Source: Negativicutes bacterium
GTDB taxonomy: Bacteria; Bacillota; Negativicutes; UBA1444
DNA length: 64,000 bases
Assembly (NCBI GenBank): GCA_963665275.2
Contig: CAXXIN010000007.1
Span: 448,001 to 512,000, forward strand
Reading direction: 5' to 3'
Shown here: one piece after another, positions 48,434 through 58,753 of the stretch
Position numbering within the stretch: the stretch's first letter is position 1
How the letters are laid out: each line of letters begins with the position of its first letter
The notes under the pieces: generated by a model
What the model was told of the DNA's origin: nothing
The model's input: only the letters and a program-made list of their open reading frames with translations
The model's database searches: none
Program-made: the position numbers and the translations under genes

Positions 48434-49612
48434 TTATTTATCTTTGAAGAATTCGGCCGTTTTGGCTTCATCCCAGCCGAGGATTTCTTTCAAGAGTTCG
48501 GCGGTATGTTGTCCCAGAAGCGGCGCCGGCCGGTCGACAGTGCCGGGAGTCGCTGACATTTTGACAGGCAACCCGGCCATTTTCAGGTGCCCGGCAACCG
48601 GATGTTCAACTTCCACAATCATATTACGAGCCTTGATCTGCGGATCGTTGACAATCTTGTCCACCGTGTTGATCGGTGCACAGGGAAGTTCGGCTGCTTC
48701 CAGTACTTCCAGCCATTCATTGATGGTTTTGTGCGAGAAGACTTCATTCAAAATCACGGTCAATTCCTTGACATGCGCGGTTCGTTTGCTGTTGTCGTCG
48801 AAGCGCGCATCGGTGAGCAGTTCCGGTTTGCCCAGGATATTGCATAGTTTTACCCACAGGCGGTCGTTGCCGGCGCCAACGATGATATGTCCGTCTTTGG
48901 CGGTAAAGGAGGCAAACGGCGTAATGGAAGGATGACGATTTCCCAGCGGCGTAGGCACACTACCGGAAGTCACATAGCGGGCGATGGCATTTTCCAAAAC
49001 CGCCACCTGGCAATCCAGCATGCCGACATCGACTTTCTGGCCTTCACCAGTTTTCTCCCTGTGGTAAATAGCCATCATGACTCCATAGGCCGTGAACATG
49101 CCGGCGATAATATCACCGACAGAAGCGCCGACACGGGTTGGTTCGCCGCCTTCCGGCCCGGTGATGCTCATGATCCCGCCCATAGCCTGAACGATGATGT
49201 CATAGGCCGGTTTATATTGATAAGGTCCGCTGTGGCCGAATCCAGAGCAAGCCGCATAAATAATCTTCGGGTTAATGGCCTTTAGTTCATCATAGCCCAA
49301 TCCGAATTTTTCCATCGTCCCCGGACGATAATTTTCTACCACCACGTCTGCATGTTTGACCATTTCTCGGAAAACATCGACCTCGTCCTGATTCTTGAAA
49401 TTGAGGGTCATGGAGCGTTTGTTCCTGTTCAGACTCATGAAATAGGCGCTTTCCTTGCCAACGAACGGTCCGAATGCCCGTGAATCATCGCCGACTTTCG
49501 GTGGCTCAATCTTAACAATGTCAGCACCATAGTCGGCCAGCATCATCGTGCAATACGGCCCTGCCAGTACCCGGCTCAAATCCAGTACTCTCAATCCTTC
49601 TAATGGTTTCAT
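48434..49612 (-). CDS. Family III (CaiB/BaiF) CoA-transferase
   Basis: DLSRVLAGP, GADIVKIE, NRNKRS, ENYRPG, catalytic Asp in SVGDIIAG, and PLLGQHT. Confidence 0.92.
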   Translation of the reverse strand: MKPLEGLRVLDLSRVLAGPYCTMMLADYGADIVKIEPPKVGDDSRAFGPFVGKESAYFMSLNRNKRSMTLNFKNQDEVDVFREMVKHADVVVENYRPGTMEKFGLGYDELKAINPKIIYAACSGFGHSGPYQYKPAYDIIVQAMGGIMSITGPEGGEPTRVGASVGDIIAGMFTAYGVMMAIYHREKTGEGQKVDVGMLDCQVAVLENAIARYVTSGSVPTPLGNRHPSITPFASFTAKDGHIIVGAGNDRLWVKLCNILGKPELLTDARFDDNSKRTAHVKELTVILNEVFSHKTINEWLEVLEAAELPCAPINTVDKIVNDPQIKARNMIVEVEHPVAGHLKMAGLPVKMSATPGTVDRPAPLLGQHTAELLKEILGWDEAKTAEFFKDK

Positions 49613-49737
49613 TACAATCTCTCCTTTATTTACAATAACAATATGGAATCAGTTCAGTTTAGACATATTTCACCACTATTCCAAATTCAATATTCTTATG
49701 CAAAATCCCCCTTTTCATGATTGATTATGGAAAATAT

Positions 49738-49784
49738 TTAAAAAACAAAGAGACAGTAATGGAAATATTTTCCCCTCTGTCTCT
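49738..49784 (-). terminator. Intrinsic terminator between hutP and the CoA-transferase (candidate attenuator)
   Basis: Minus strand AGAGACAG..GGAAA/TTTCC..CTGTCTCT followed by TTGTTTTTT. Confidence 0.7.
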
Positions 49785-49919
49785 CTATCACTCATATTTT
49801 CTTTTGATTTGAAATATATAGATCCAATCCTTGGTGTTATTGCAGCCCGCAAACTCTCACACTGATAACTCTCTCACTCAATACGGGCTCTATATAAAAC
49901 CTATAAATTGTCTTGTTGC

Positions 49920-50357
49920 TCACCCAGCGTCCGATCCCATGTGCATGATACCGAGCCCTGCGCGGTCATGGTTGGTCAGAGGATGCAAGGCCGATTCTCC
50001 GAACAAGGCGACTGCCACCCAATTGGAGTCACGAACCACGGCGATCTTCACCGCAACACTAGCGCTACTCGCCATGTTGACCATGATGCCACGTTTTGCC
50101 TCATCCGTCGCATGCAGCAATGCGTGATAATTAGTCGGTGTTTTCGCAACCAGACCGGTATTCATACAGGCGCCAATCACGGCTTTTGTTGTCTTTATCT
50201 GGAATTCAGACAAAGCCGAGTTTCCGCCCACTTCAGTAACGACGAAACGGAACCCCTGATCAGCCAACAATTTCTTAACCGCTTCTTCATCCTGCATAGT
50301 ACGGGTCAATGCCAGCAGCATGGCTGCTGTCCCTACACTGCGAATATTGTCAAACAT
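49920..50357 (-). CDS. hutP: HutP family RNA-binding antiterminator
   Basis: HALLHATDEA, IAVVR..WVAVALFG and NHDRAGLGIMH match the HutP His/metal-binding motifs. Confidence 0.8.
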   Translation of the reverse strand: MFDNIRSVGTAAMLLALTRTMQDEEAVKKLLADQGFRFVVTEVGGNSALSEFQIKTTKAVIGACMNTGLVAKTPTNYHALLHATDEAKRGIMVNMASSASVAVKIAVVRDSNWVAVALFGESALHPLTNHDRAGLGIMHMGSDAG

Positions 50358-50450
50358 GTTGCTCCAGCTTGCTGATTATTTGGTTAACTACCTGCATTAC
50401 TTTATCACTTATTGCCTCGTTGCGCAAGAATATCGCCCTGAAGTTTCGCT

Positions 50451-51017
50451 TTAAACTTCAAGGTGAAATCTTTCCAGAGCCTGATACACAATTCTGCCTT
50501 GCACCATGCGACTCTCAATTAATGAAAATTGTCCAACCAACATAGCCGGAAAAGATTCAACAGGGACATCGATCCGTCCATTTTTCACGAAAACTCGGCT
50601 GCTTTTGAACTTTACATCGCGGGCAAGCGTAATGTGGGGAGAGTAGCCGCGGTCTTCTTTCGCAAATCCTAAATCACACATCGCTTGGGCAATGTTTTTT
50701 TGCAGTTCCAACAGGACTGAAAAATCATCTTTCATTCCCAGCCAGACAACCCGCACCTGATCTGCAGGTCCAAAATACCCCAATTCAGCACCAAACGAAA
50801 GCGTAAAAGGCTGACTGCCCTGTGCTACCTTTTTCAGCGAGTTCTTGATAGCTTCGACTGCTTCCTCCGGTGTTTCGCCTAGAAACTGCAAGGTCAGATG
50901 AAGGTTTTCCCGAGTGGGAAACCTAGCTGTTCGCTCCTTCTCTCGAAGTATATTCTGCAGCGAATATAACTTGTCCAGAATATCCGGTTGAAGTTCTATC
51001 CCTATGAATAACTTCAT
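50451..51017 (-). CDS. thpR: RNA 2',3'-cyclic phosphodiesterase (2H family)
   Basis: LFIGI, HLTLQFLG and PHITLAR (two HxT motifs). Confidence 0.88.
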   Translation of the reverse strand: MKLFIGIELQPDILDKLYSLQNILREKERTARFPTRENLHLTLQFLGETPEEAVEAIKNSLKKVAQGSQPFTLSFGAELGYFGPADQVRVVWLGMKDDFSVLLELQKNIAQAMCDLGFAKEDRGYSPHITLARDVKFKSSRVFVKNGRIDVPVESFPAMLVGQFSLIESRMVQGRIVYQALERFHLEV

Positions 51018-51070
51018 AGACGCTCCCTGAAAATTACGTTTCATCGCAAGGTTGCTTCATTCCTACAACC

Positions 51071-51352
51071 TTATCTGATTTCTCGCTCAATATTCACAAT
51101 TTCAGCCTCGCTACTGCCCTCAATGAAGTTAATCACATGATCAAGAATGCTGTCTGATTGGCTTATAGTCCCTGCCACACAGGCAATGCCCAGAATAATC
51201 GTTTGGTGCGTGTCTTGTTCATCCACCTCGGCAATCGAAACATTAAACTTGTTTTTCGTCTTTGCTACGATGCTTTTTACTACCATGCGTTTTTCCTTTA
51301 AAGAAGAAACCCACGGCGCATAGAGTTTGAGCTCGAGAGTCCCTACAATCAT
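51071..51352 (-). CDS. DUF503 (YlxP) family protein
   Basis: SLKEKR...KFNVSIAEV..QD pattern. Confidence 0.88.
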   Translation of the reverse strand: MIVGTLELKLYAPWVSSLKEKRMVVKSIVAKTKNKFNVSIAEVDEQDTHQTIILGIACVAGTISQSDSILDHVINFIEGSSEAEIVNIEREIR

Positions 51353-51394
51353 GATATTAACTCCTAAAAACTTCGTTAATTCACAGTCGCCCTT

Positions 51395-52270
51395 CTATAC
51401 ATTACCGACATGGATATGCTTCAAACCTTCATTTTTTCCGATTGCCTGGGCGATTTCCAGAATTTCCAATGAAGTTATCGGCGTGTCCATCATTTTCCAC
51501 GCCGGGAAAAAGCGGCTTATGTGCCATGGAACGTCTTTACTGAGATCTCGGGCTATAAAGCGTGCAATTTTTTCCAGTTGCCCGGGCTTGTCATTTATTC
51601 CCGGCACAATCAGTGTTGTGATTTCCAGGTGTACCCCTGCTTCGTAAAGGTATTTTAAGTTATCCATGACCGGTTCAGCCGTGCCGCCGCAATATTTTTC
51701 GTATACACCGTCATTGGGACCTTTGTAGTCAACATTTGTTGCGTCTAAAAAAGGAATTACCATATCGAGCGTTTCGCGAGACATATATCCGTTCGTCACC
51801 CATACATTTTTCAATCCTTCCTCTCGGGCCAACTTCATTGTATCCAGCGCATACTCAACAAAAATTGTCGGCTCTGAATAGGTATAGGCAATAGAGGGGC
51901 ATTCGTATTTAATCGCCCGTTGCACATGTTCTTTTGGCGAAACATCACTGCCTTCGATAGGGTTGCTTGGCTTGGGGCTTTGTGAGATTTCCCAGTTCTG
52001 ACACCAGGAACAACGGAAATTGCAGCCGACCGCAGCAAAGGAATAGATCATTGTTCCGGGCAAAAAGTGATAAAGCGGTTTCTTTTCGATAGGATCGATA
52101 TGTGCCGCTACCGTTTTTCCATAGTTCAGTGTGTACAAAGTCCCCTGACTATTCTCCCGCACGCCGCAGATTCCTCTCTTGCCTTCGGCAATACTGCATC
52201 TGTGATTGCAGACAACGCATTTCACCTTATTTTCCTCGGCCTTTTCGTATAAAATTGCTTCCTTCACCAT
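51395..52270 (-). CDS. amrS: AmmeMemoRadiSam system radical SAM enzyme
   Basis: CVVCNHRC..GICGVR, DPIEKKPLYHF, GCNFRCSWCQNWEISQ, AYTYSEP and PWHISRFFP. Confidence 0.88.
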   Translation of the reverse strand: MVKEAILYEKAEENKVKCVVCNHRCSIAEGKRGICGVRENSQGTLYTLNYGKTVAAHIDPIEKKPLYHFLPGTMIYSFAAVGCNFRCSWCQNWEISQSPKPSNPIEGSDVSPKEHVQRAIKYECPSIAYTYSEPTIFVEYALDTMKLAREEGLKNVWVTNGYMSRETLDMVIPFLDATNVDYKGPNDGVYEKYCGGTAEPVMDNLKYLYEAGVHLEITTLIVPGINDKPGQLEKIARFIARDLSKDVPWHISRFFPAWKMMDTPITSLEILEIAQAIGKNEGLKHIHVGNV

Positions 52271-52487
52271 TCTCCCCCCTCGCTCTTTATTGCTGAGTGA
52301 GACTAGTATCCATCGACAGATTCTGAAGTGAAAAACCGTTTTTTCATAGCGCTATCCCACTCCTGTACTATGAAAATCAGTCCACAATTCAAATTAATTT
52401 TTCTGCACAACCCGATTAAAAACCTGCTAATCGTTAAATATATTATTGAATTTTCCGACTATTAATTTCAAGTTCCCTTTCCACCGA

Positions 52488-52536
52488 AAAAGGCGCCGTT
52501 CAAAATAGCTCTCACCCCATTTTGAACAGCGCCTTT
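52488..52536. terminator. Terminator hairpin
   Basis: AAAGGCGCCGTTCAAAAT/ATTTTGAACAGCGCCTTT. Confidence 0.6.
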
Positions 52537-52575
52537 ATAGATTTTCCATCGATGAACCGCTAAAACAGATCTGTT

Positions 52576-52890
52576 TTAGGCAAAAAACCTCATTACAATC
52601 ATCGCAATACACGCATTCATTATACTTGCCAGCATCAATAACGGTCAGTATTTCTTCGGACAGCCGCGCCGAGCAAACGGCCCATATATTGCAGCTGAGC
52701 GCCCATCAGAAACAGTGCGGGAATCAAGATAGTTGCGTGAGTGCCGTTCAAAACACCTTTGGCGACTAAACTGACGGCAACACCGGTTCCTGCCGAGGAG
52801 GAGAGCCAAGTTGTCAGCAATACCGTAACCGCCTCTCCCGGCAAAGCAAAGATTCCCATCAACGAAGCAAATATCCGGCCGATAAAAAGT
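52576..52890 (-). pseudogene. Remnant of a YjiG-like nucleoside-recognition (Gate) membrane protein
   Basis: Only the C-terminal about 100 codons remain (MGIFALPGEA...LMGAQLQYMGR). No start, a frameshift near 52660, and TGA where Trp is expected (KKY*PLL). Confidence 0.7.
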
Positions 52891-52975
52891 ATCTGAAATG
52901 GGCTTTCGAGTGTTTTTTTACGTGATGCAACACGTCAAGCACCAACAACTCAAGCTCCCCTCTTTCTGTAATCAG

Positions 52976-53842
52976 TCATTTCATCTTTGGATCATCACCT
53001 GATGATTCGCGGATCCATTGAATCGCGATTTTTCGCGCCGCCTCATGCTGGGACCCCAGTTCAATATCCTGCCATTTATAAACTTCAGCAAAATACAGAC
53101 GCTGATTGTTTTCGTCATAATCACTGATGGACAGAATCATCATCTTGTTTTGTGATACCTGGAAACGGTAATTGACTTTGGTAACCTTGATGTGCTGGTA
53201 TCCTGCGCCGGCGCGGGGAGGCAGCGACCTGAGATATGCCTGACGGGCCACGAGACCTTTCTCATTCCAAATCCATTTCACTGTGATCTCCACCGTGTCC
53301 GGTTTGTTTCGAGGATAGGCGCTGATGGAACGGATGTCCCAATGCAAGTCAAATTCATCGAATGCTCGCGATCCGAACCATCTCGGGCCGGAGGCGCTGA
53401 GATCCGTCGGTTTCACCGAAACCAGTTCCCCTTGCCCCCTCACATATTGTAAGGCCCGCTGCACCTCAAATTCGCCGGAGGATCCGGACGCTTCCTTGGA
53501 AAAAGAGTCAGAAGTGTTAAAATAGCGAAAAATCTCTTTGTCATCGATGTCATATTGATAGTATTCCAAAAATCGGGTCTGAATGGAATCGCCGAGAACC
53601 CCCTCGCTCTTGCGAAGCATTTTCCGGATATTGTGACTGGCCTGCTTGTCATCCAACACCCATAAAGTCCAGTAGTGAACACGGTCCTGCTTTTGCACCA
53701 CCGATTCCGTATCGAGGTACTCAGTGCAGGCTCCATACCGGGTGCCTTCGAGCCGTTGCAGATAGATCCAGTTCGCCGCGCCTACGCTGCTGGATAACAG
53801 GAACAAGCTTACCAACAATATTCCGAAGACCCGACTTTTCAT
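52976..53842 (-). CDS. Exported hypothetical protein with two related domains
   Basis: Signal peptide. Twice-occurring W....D..S(V/I)......W pattern. RBS GGGAGG. Confidence 0.7.
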   Translation of the reverse strand: MKSRVFGILLVSLFLLSSSVGAANWIYLQRLEGTRYGACTEYLDTESVVQKQDRVHYWTLWVLDDKQASHNIRKMLRKSEGVLGDSIQTRFLEYYQYDIDDKEIFRYFNTSDSFSKEASGSSGEFEVQRALQYVRGQGELVSVKPTDLSASGPRWFGSRAFDEFDLHWDIRSISAYPRNKPDTVEITVKWIWNEKGLVARQAYLRSLPPRAGAGYQHIKVTKVNYRFQVSQNKMMILSISDYDENNQRLYFAEVYKWQDIELGSQHEAARKIAIQWIRESSGDDPKMK

Positions 53843-53881
53843 AGTCTTTTCCCTCCCAGATTGTTCCTGAAGAGTTCACGA

Positions 53882-55357
53882 TCAAGTACCGCAAAAAGTT
53901 CTGTAAGGGCGAATTGATAACTCAGGCAACGTAGTGTACTCCGCTTGATCGGACGAGTGTGCGTACGGGTGTGCAAGCACATCAAGAAGCCTGCTCATCA
54001 CACTGTAATCTCCGAGTCTCACTGCGGCGTCTATTGCTGCTTCTACCCGATGGTTGCGAGGGATGAGTTCAGGATTACAGCTCTTCATTAACTGCTGCGA
54101 AATGGCTTTCGACTCCCGCTGCCTGCCAAGTCTTGCCTGCCAAAGCTCATGCCACTGAGTATATTCTGTGCTCGCAAACAGGGCCGTATCCTCAGTCATA
54201 TCCAAAGTTAGTGCGCGGAAAGTATTGGTATAGTCAGCGCAATATTTCTGCATTATGCCGAGGAGACCCTCAATGAGAGCATCATCTTGCTTCTCTTCAT
54301 TAAACAATCCCAATTTAGCTCGCATTCCTGCGGACCAATGATATTGATACTGCGCAGCAAAATCCGAAACCGCAGCCTGAGCCATATCAACGGCTTGCGA
54401 CTGATCTATATGCAGCAAAGGCAATAGGGTTTCTGCAAATCTCGCCAGATTCCACCCGGCAATAGCTGGCTGATTGGCAAAAGCATAACGTCCTTGAGCA
54501 TCAATCGAACTGAATACTGTTGACGGATCATAGGTATCCATGAAGGCGCACGGGCCATAATCAATTGTTTCTCCACTGATAGCCATGTTGTCGGTATTCA
54601 TCACCCCATGAATAAAACCCGCAAGTTGCCATTTGGCAATCAGCAAGGCCTGACGCTTGATCACTTCTTGCAGCAGCGACAGATATCGCTTCTCATTTGC
54701 TTCCACGTTTAGGAAATGGCGTTTTAAAGTATAATCAGCCAAAATCCGAAGATCATCAATAGTTCCCCATTTTGAAACGTATTGAAAAGTGCCGACGCGA
54801 AGATGGCTGGCAGCCACTCGAGTCAGAATCGCTCCCGGCAGTTCTGTTTCGCGAATCACCGGCTCACCGGTTGTCACCACAGCTAAACTGCGGGTCGTTG
54901 CAATACCCAGCGAATGCATTGCTTCGCTGATGATGTATTCGCGCAGCATCGGCCCCAATGCCGCTCTACCATCCCCACTGCGGGAATATGGCGTTTCACC
55001 GGATCCCTTGAGTTGAATATCAAACCGTTCATTCTGGGGAGTGATCTGCTCGCCAAGCAATAGAGTCCGACCATCACCCAACATTGTAAAATGGCCAAAT
55101 TGATGTCCTGCATAAGCTTGCGCAAGTGGAAAAGCACCTGGAGGAACCTGGTTACCTGCCAGCACTTCCATCCCATCTTTGCCTTGTAGCGCCTGAACAT
55201 TCAGCCCTAATGACATGGCTAGGGGTTCATTAAGAATAATCAACTTCGGTAAGCTGACAGGGGTAGGAATTAAGCTGCTAAAAAACAATTTCGGCAGACG
55301 AGCATAACTGTTGTCGAAATTCCACCCCATGTCTATGCTTGCTTCACGTTTTGTCAT
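53882..55357 (-). CDS. selO: Protein adenylyltransferase SelO/YdiU
   Basis: [45 protein letters not shown] and C-terminal TFCGT. Confidence 0.93.
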   Translation of the reverse strand: MTKREASIDMGWNFDNSYARLPKLFFSSLIPTPVSLPKLIILNEPLAMSLGLNVQALQGKDGMEVLAGNQVPPGAFPLAQAYAGHQFGHFTMLGDGRTLLLGEQITPQNERFDIQLKGSGETPYSRSGDGRAALGPMLREYIISEAMHSLGIATTRSLAVVTTGEPVIRETELPGAILTRVAASHLRVGTFQYVSKWGTIDDLRILADYTLKRHFLNVEANEKRYLSLLQEVIKRQALLIAKWQLAGFIHGVMNTDNMAISGETIDYGPCAFMDTYDPSTVFSSIDAQGRYAFANQPAIAGWNLARFAETLLPLLHIDQSQAVDMAQAAVSDFAAQYQYHWSAGMRAKLGLFNEEKQDDALIEGLLGIMQKYCADYTNTFRALTLDMTEDTALFASTEYTQWHELWQARLGRQRESKAISQQLMKSCNPELIPRNHRVEAAIDAAVRLGDYSVMSRLLDVLAHPYAHSSDQAEYTTLPELSIRPYRTFCGT

Positions 55358-55432
55358 AGCGTCTCCCTGTCTTCATTTCTTTGCATTTTGCAAAGGAAAA
55401 CCCTGTGCAAAAAGGAATACTTCTAGAAAGAG

Positions 55433-55978
55433 GTGATGGTTGTGTCGATTAGCGATATCTTGCCTGATGTATTAGCCCCAAATCTTAAGCTTGTAATTTG
55501 CGGATCAGCTGTTGGTGCGCAATCAGCCCGTGCCGGTTCTTACTACGCAGGGCAAAACAATATGTTTTGGCAGATACTCCACGAAACGGGTCTTATAGAT
55601 CGTCTTCTACACACTTCCGAATACCGCAGGCTGCTTCATTATGGAATTGGATTGACTGACGCCGCCAAAAAAGCCGCCGGAGTCGATGCCGACATCAAAA
55701 AACACGATTATGACGCAGCCACTCTTGTTCATAAAATGACTGTCTACCGCCCAAAAATCATCTGCTTCAACGGGAAAAAATCGGCCGCTGCCTTATGTTC
55801 TTGGCAACAGGCGCGACATTGCCAAACAGCTGAAATCGACTATGGGATATACCCGAACTCAATCATGCAAAATGGACCCATCCTATTCGTCGCCCCTTCA
55901 ACTTCTGCGGCTGCCAAACGATATTGGCAACCTATGTATTGGCATACCCTTGCCGCCTTGGTCAAACAACTGTCTTGA
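55433..55978 (+). CDS. mug: Mismatch-specific uracil-DNA glycosylase (MUG/UDG family 2)
   Basis: LPDVLAP.L, YYA...N.FW, GIGLTD, FNGK and PSTS. Confidence 0.82.
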   Translation: MMVVSISDILPDVLAPNLKLVICGSAVGAQSARAGSYYAGQNNMFWQILHETGLIDRLLHTSEYRRLLHYGIGLTDAAKKAAGVDADIKKHDYDAATLVHKMTVYRPKIICFNGKKSAAALCSWQQARHCQTAEIDYGIYPNSIMQNGPILFVAPSTSAAAKRYWQPMYWHTLAALVKQLS

Positions 55979-55983
55979 CAGCC

Positions 55984-57054
55984 CTATTCTTCACCGGCAT
56001 ACCAGAAGTGACGCGAAAAACGCAGACAACAGGCCTCACCCAGGTTGGGGCCCGGGTCGCGGCGTCCCTTCTGAACGCGCATCTCCTGGGCCCCGACTTT
56101 CACCTGATAGTCAATGATTTCGCCCAGAAACGCTTTGCGGCTGACGACGCCGCGCAGTCCGCCCGCCTCGCCATCACTGACAAAGTTTATCTCGGATGGG
56201 CGACTCGCCAGGGAAAGTGAGCTTTGGCCGCGCATGGCTTCAGGCGGGAGCAAGCTCTCCGGCAGCGCAGCCTTCTCGCCGCGTACAAACGCATTTCCAC
56301 CTTCCCAGACAATATCCAGAAAATTGGAGAGGCCGATAAAACTGAAGACGAACTTATTGGCCGGTTTGTTGTAGACATTAAAAGGCGTATCGATTTGCTG
56401 CACAACCCCCAGTTTCATCACCAGGATTCGGTCCGATAGGGCCATAGCTTCGGCCTGGTCGTGCGTCACATAGATAATGGAAAATCCATACTTTCTCTGT
56501 AAGTCCTTAATCTCAAAGCGCATCTCCTCGCGCAGATGAGGATCCAAGCTTGAGAGCGGTTCATCCAGGAGCATGACATCGGGATTGATGGCCAATGCCC
56601 GTGCCAGCGCCACCCGCTGCTTGCCGCCTCCCGAGAGATCTGCCGGACTGTCGTCGGCGACTGAAAGCAGGTTGGTGGAACGCAGGGCATCTTTTGTGCG
56701 CTTGTCAATTTCTGAGGCCGAAAATTTGCGGATCTGCAGAGGGAAAGCGACATTATCATACACCGACAGATGCGGCCAGACCGCAAAAGCTTGGAATACC
56801 ATGCCGAAATTACGTTTTTCCGGCGGCAGATAATAATTACGCTGGGGAGAAGAAATCAGACGATCCCCTACGTAAACCTCTCCTTCACTCAAGTCTTCAA
56901 AACCCGCCACCATCCGCAGCGTCGTCGTCTTGCCGCAACCGGACGGCCCCAACATAGAGAAGCACTCACCCTTGCCAATTTCCAGGTTCAAAGAATTGAC
57001 GGCGGTAACATCGCCGAATTTTTTCGTAACATTCACCAATCGTACATGAGACAT
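55984..57054 (-). CDS. ABC ATP-binding subunit with TOBE domain
   Basis: GPSGCGKTT, LSGGGKQR, LLDEP and VTHDQ. Confidence 0.92.
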   Translation of the reverse strand: MSHVRLVNVTKKFGDVTAVNSLNLEIGKGECFSMLGPSGCGKTTTLRMVAGFEDLSEGEVYVGDRLISSPQRNYYLPPEKRNFGMVFQAFAVWPHLSVYDNVAFPLQIRKFSASEIDKRTKDALRSTNLLSVADDSPADLSGGGKQRVALARALAINPDVMLLDEPLSSLDPHLREEMRFEIKDLQRKYGFSIIYVTHDQAEAMALSDRILVMKLGVVQQIDTPFNVYNKPANKFVFSFIGLSNFLDIVWEGGNAFVRGEKAALPESLLPPEAMRGQSSLSLASRPSEINFVSDGEAGGLRGVVSRKAFLGEIIDYQVKVGAQEMRVQKGRRDPGPNLGEACCLRFSRHFWYAGEE

Positions 57055-57061
57055 AATCGGT

Positions 57062-58753
57062 CTACACACCTGCCTTTCTTGTGAAACGGTTGATCAGCGT
57101 CTGACCGACAATGATCAGAATCAGCGCGATGCCTGCCAGCGCCGCCGAAATTACCGTTTCCCCATCTTCGTTCAGGGTGTATATTGCCACCCCGATGGTA
57201 CGGGTGGTTGGCGAGTAAAGCATGATGGAAACAGTCAACTCCCGGAGTGAGGGAAGAAAGATCAGAAAGAAAGCCGCCAACATACCGGGGCGCACCAGCG
57301 GCAACACGATATACTTGAGCGACTGCCACATGGTAGCGCCGCAAGATCGGGCTGCCTCCACCAGGGAGTCGTGTACCTGTTCCAGAGCCGCTGAGTTTGC
57401 TTTGAGGGAAAAGGCCATATAGCGGGCAATGTAGGCGACCAAGATGATCCATACCGTGTTGTAGAGATTAATGCCGAACTGGCCGCTCCAGGCGAGGATC
57501 ACCCCAAGGGCGATGACCGAGCCGGGAACCGAGAAGGGCAGCATCCCCAAAAACTCCAGAACGCCTTTACCCCGCACCTTCATCTTCACAATGACATAAG
57601 AAATCATCACGCCGGCGAACATGGTAATGACTGCCGCGCCCAGGCCCAGCGTAACGCTGTTCCAGATCGCGTCCTTGGTCAGCTTGTAGTCAAAGAGGAT
57701 GAATTTATAGTTATCGAGCGAGAGGTTATCCCAGGTGAAGGCCAAGCCGTAAGTCTTCAGTCCCCCAACAAGGAAGATGACCGCCGTCGGCAGAACAATG
57801 GTAAAAGCAATATACGCCAGACAGAAGATCAGCAGCGGTATGCGCAGGGCGCGCAGTTTCAGTTCCATCGGACGGAAGCTTTTCCCGCCGATAATCTGAT
57901 AATGTCCTTTGGTCAGGATCTTCCCCTGCAGCCAAATGATCAAGGCTGCAGTTATCACCAGCACAGTGGCCAGCACTGTCCCTGTCCGTATCGAGGCAAA
58001 ACTACCGGCGCTCTGGTGTATGCGTTGATAGATGAGTGTCGGGATATTGAAGATCCCGTTCTCTATTCCCAACACAGCTACGGTGCCGAAATGCGCCATG
58101 GAATAAAGCATAATCAGCAGCGCGCCGGAAAGAATACTTGGCATCACTAAGGGAATGGTAATTTTCCTGGTGATGGTGAAAAGCCCCGCTCCCGATATGC
58201 GGGCGGACTCCTCAAGAGTCGGGTCCATGCGTTCCAGTGCGCCGCACACTTGAATAAAGACAAAGGGAAATAGATACATTACCTCTACAAGAACAATGCC
58301 TAAATAACTGTAGATATTAAAGATAGGTTCCTCAAAACCCATATTATTCATAAAGAATTTGTTGATGAACCCGGCATTCGGGGACAGCAGCATCTTCCAT
58401 GCAAGAGCGCCGATAAACGACGGAAGCATGAACGGTACCAAAAACATACTCTTCATGAAACTCTTATAGGGAAGGTCGGTACGCGTGACCAGCCATGCAA
58501 AAAAAGTACCGACGATCGTACTGCCGATCGTGGTGCCGCTGGCGATAACCAGCGAGTTTATCAGGGCCTGATACGTCTCCGGTTCTAAAATGATCTTGGC
58601 GACATCACGAATATTGAACTCGCCGTTCACCCAGAATGCGTTGAAAAAAATCAACAGAACCGGAAAAGCTACCAAAATGACCAAGATGGCGATCGAGAAA
58701 AAGAGGATGATCTGCGCCACACCAAAACTGCTTTTTTGCGTTACTCCATTCAT
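57062..58753 (-). CDS. ABC permease, double-domain FbpB/AfuB type
   Basis: About 12 TM helices and two EAA-like loops (LEESARISGA, LVEAARSCGA). Confidence 0.9.
   Translation of the reverse strand: MNGVTQKSSFGVAQIILFFSIAILVILVAFPVLLIFFNAFWVNGEFNIRDVAKIILEPETYQALINSLVIASGTTIGSTIVGTFFAWLVTRTDLPYKSFMKSMFLVPFMLPSFIGALAWKMLLSPNAGFINKFFMNNMGFEEPIFNIYSYLGIVLVEVMYLFPFVFIQVCGALERMDPTLEESARISGAGLFTITRKITIPLVMPSILSGALLIMLYSMAHFGTVAVLGIENGIFNIPTLIYQRIHQSAGSFASIRTGTVLATVLVITAALIIWLQGKILTKGHYQIIGGKSFRPMELKLRALRIPLLIFCLAYIAFTIVLPTAVIFLVGGLKTYGLAFTWDNLSLDNYKFILFDYKLTKDAIWNSVTLGLGAAVITMFAGVMISYVIVKMKVRGKGVLEFLGMLPFSVPGSVIALGVILAWSGQFGINLYNTVWIILVAYIARYMAFSLKANSAALEQVHDSLVEAARSCGATMWQSLKYIVLPLVRPGMLAAFFLIFLPSLRELTVSIMLYSPTTRTIGVAIYTLNEDGETVISAALAGIALILIIVGQTLINRFTRKAGV

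Noticed and set aside
52640-52650. In-frame TGA in the YjiG-like fragment as selenocysteine
   Set aside because: It falls where Trp is expected, no SECIS follows, and the gene is also truncated and frameshifted.
53882-53900. SelO as a selenoprotein
   Set aside because: It ends TFCGT followed by a normal stop, which is the Cys-type bacterial form.
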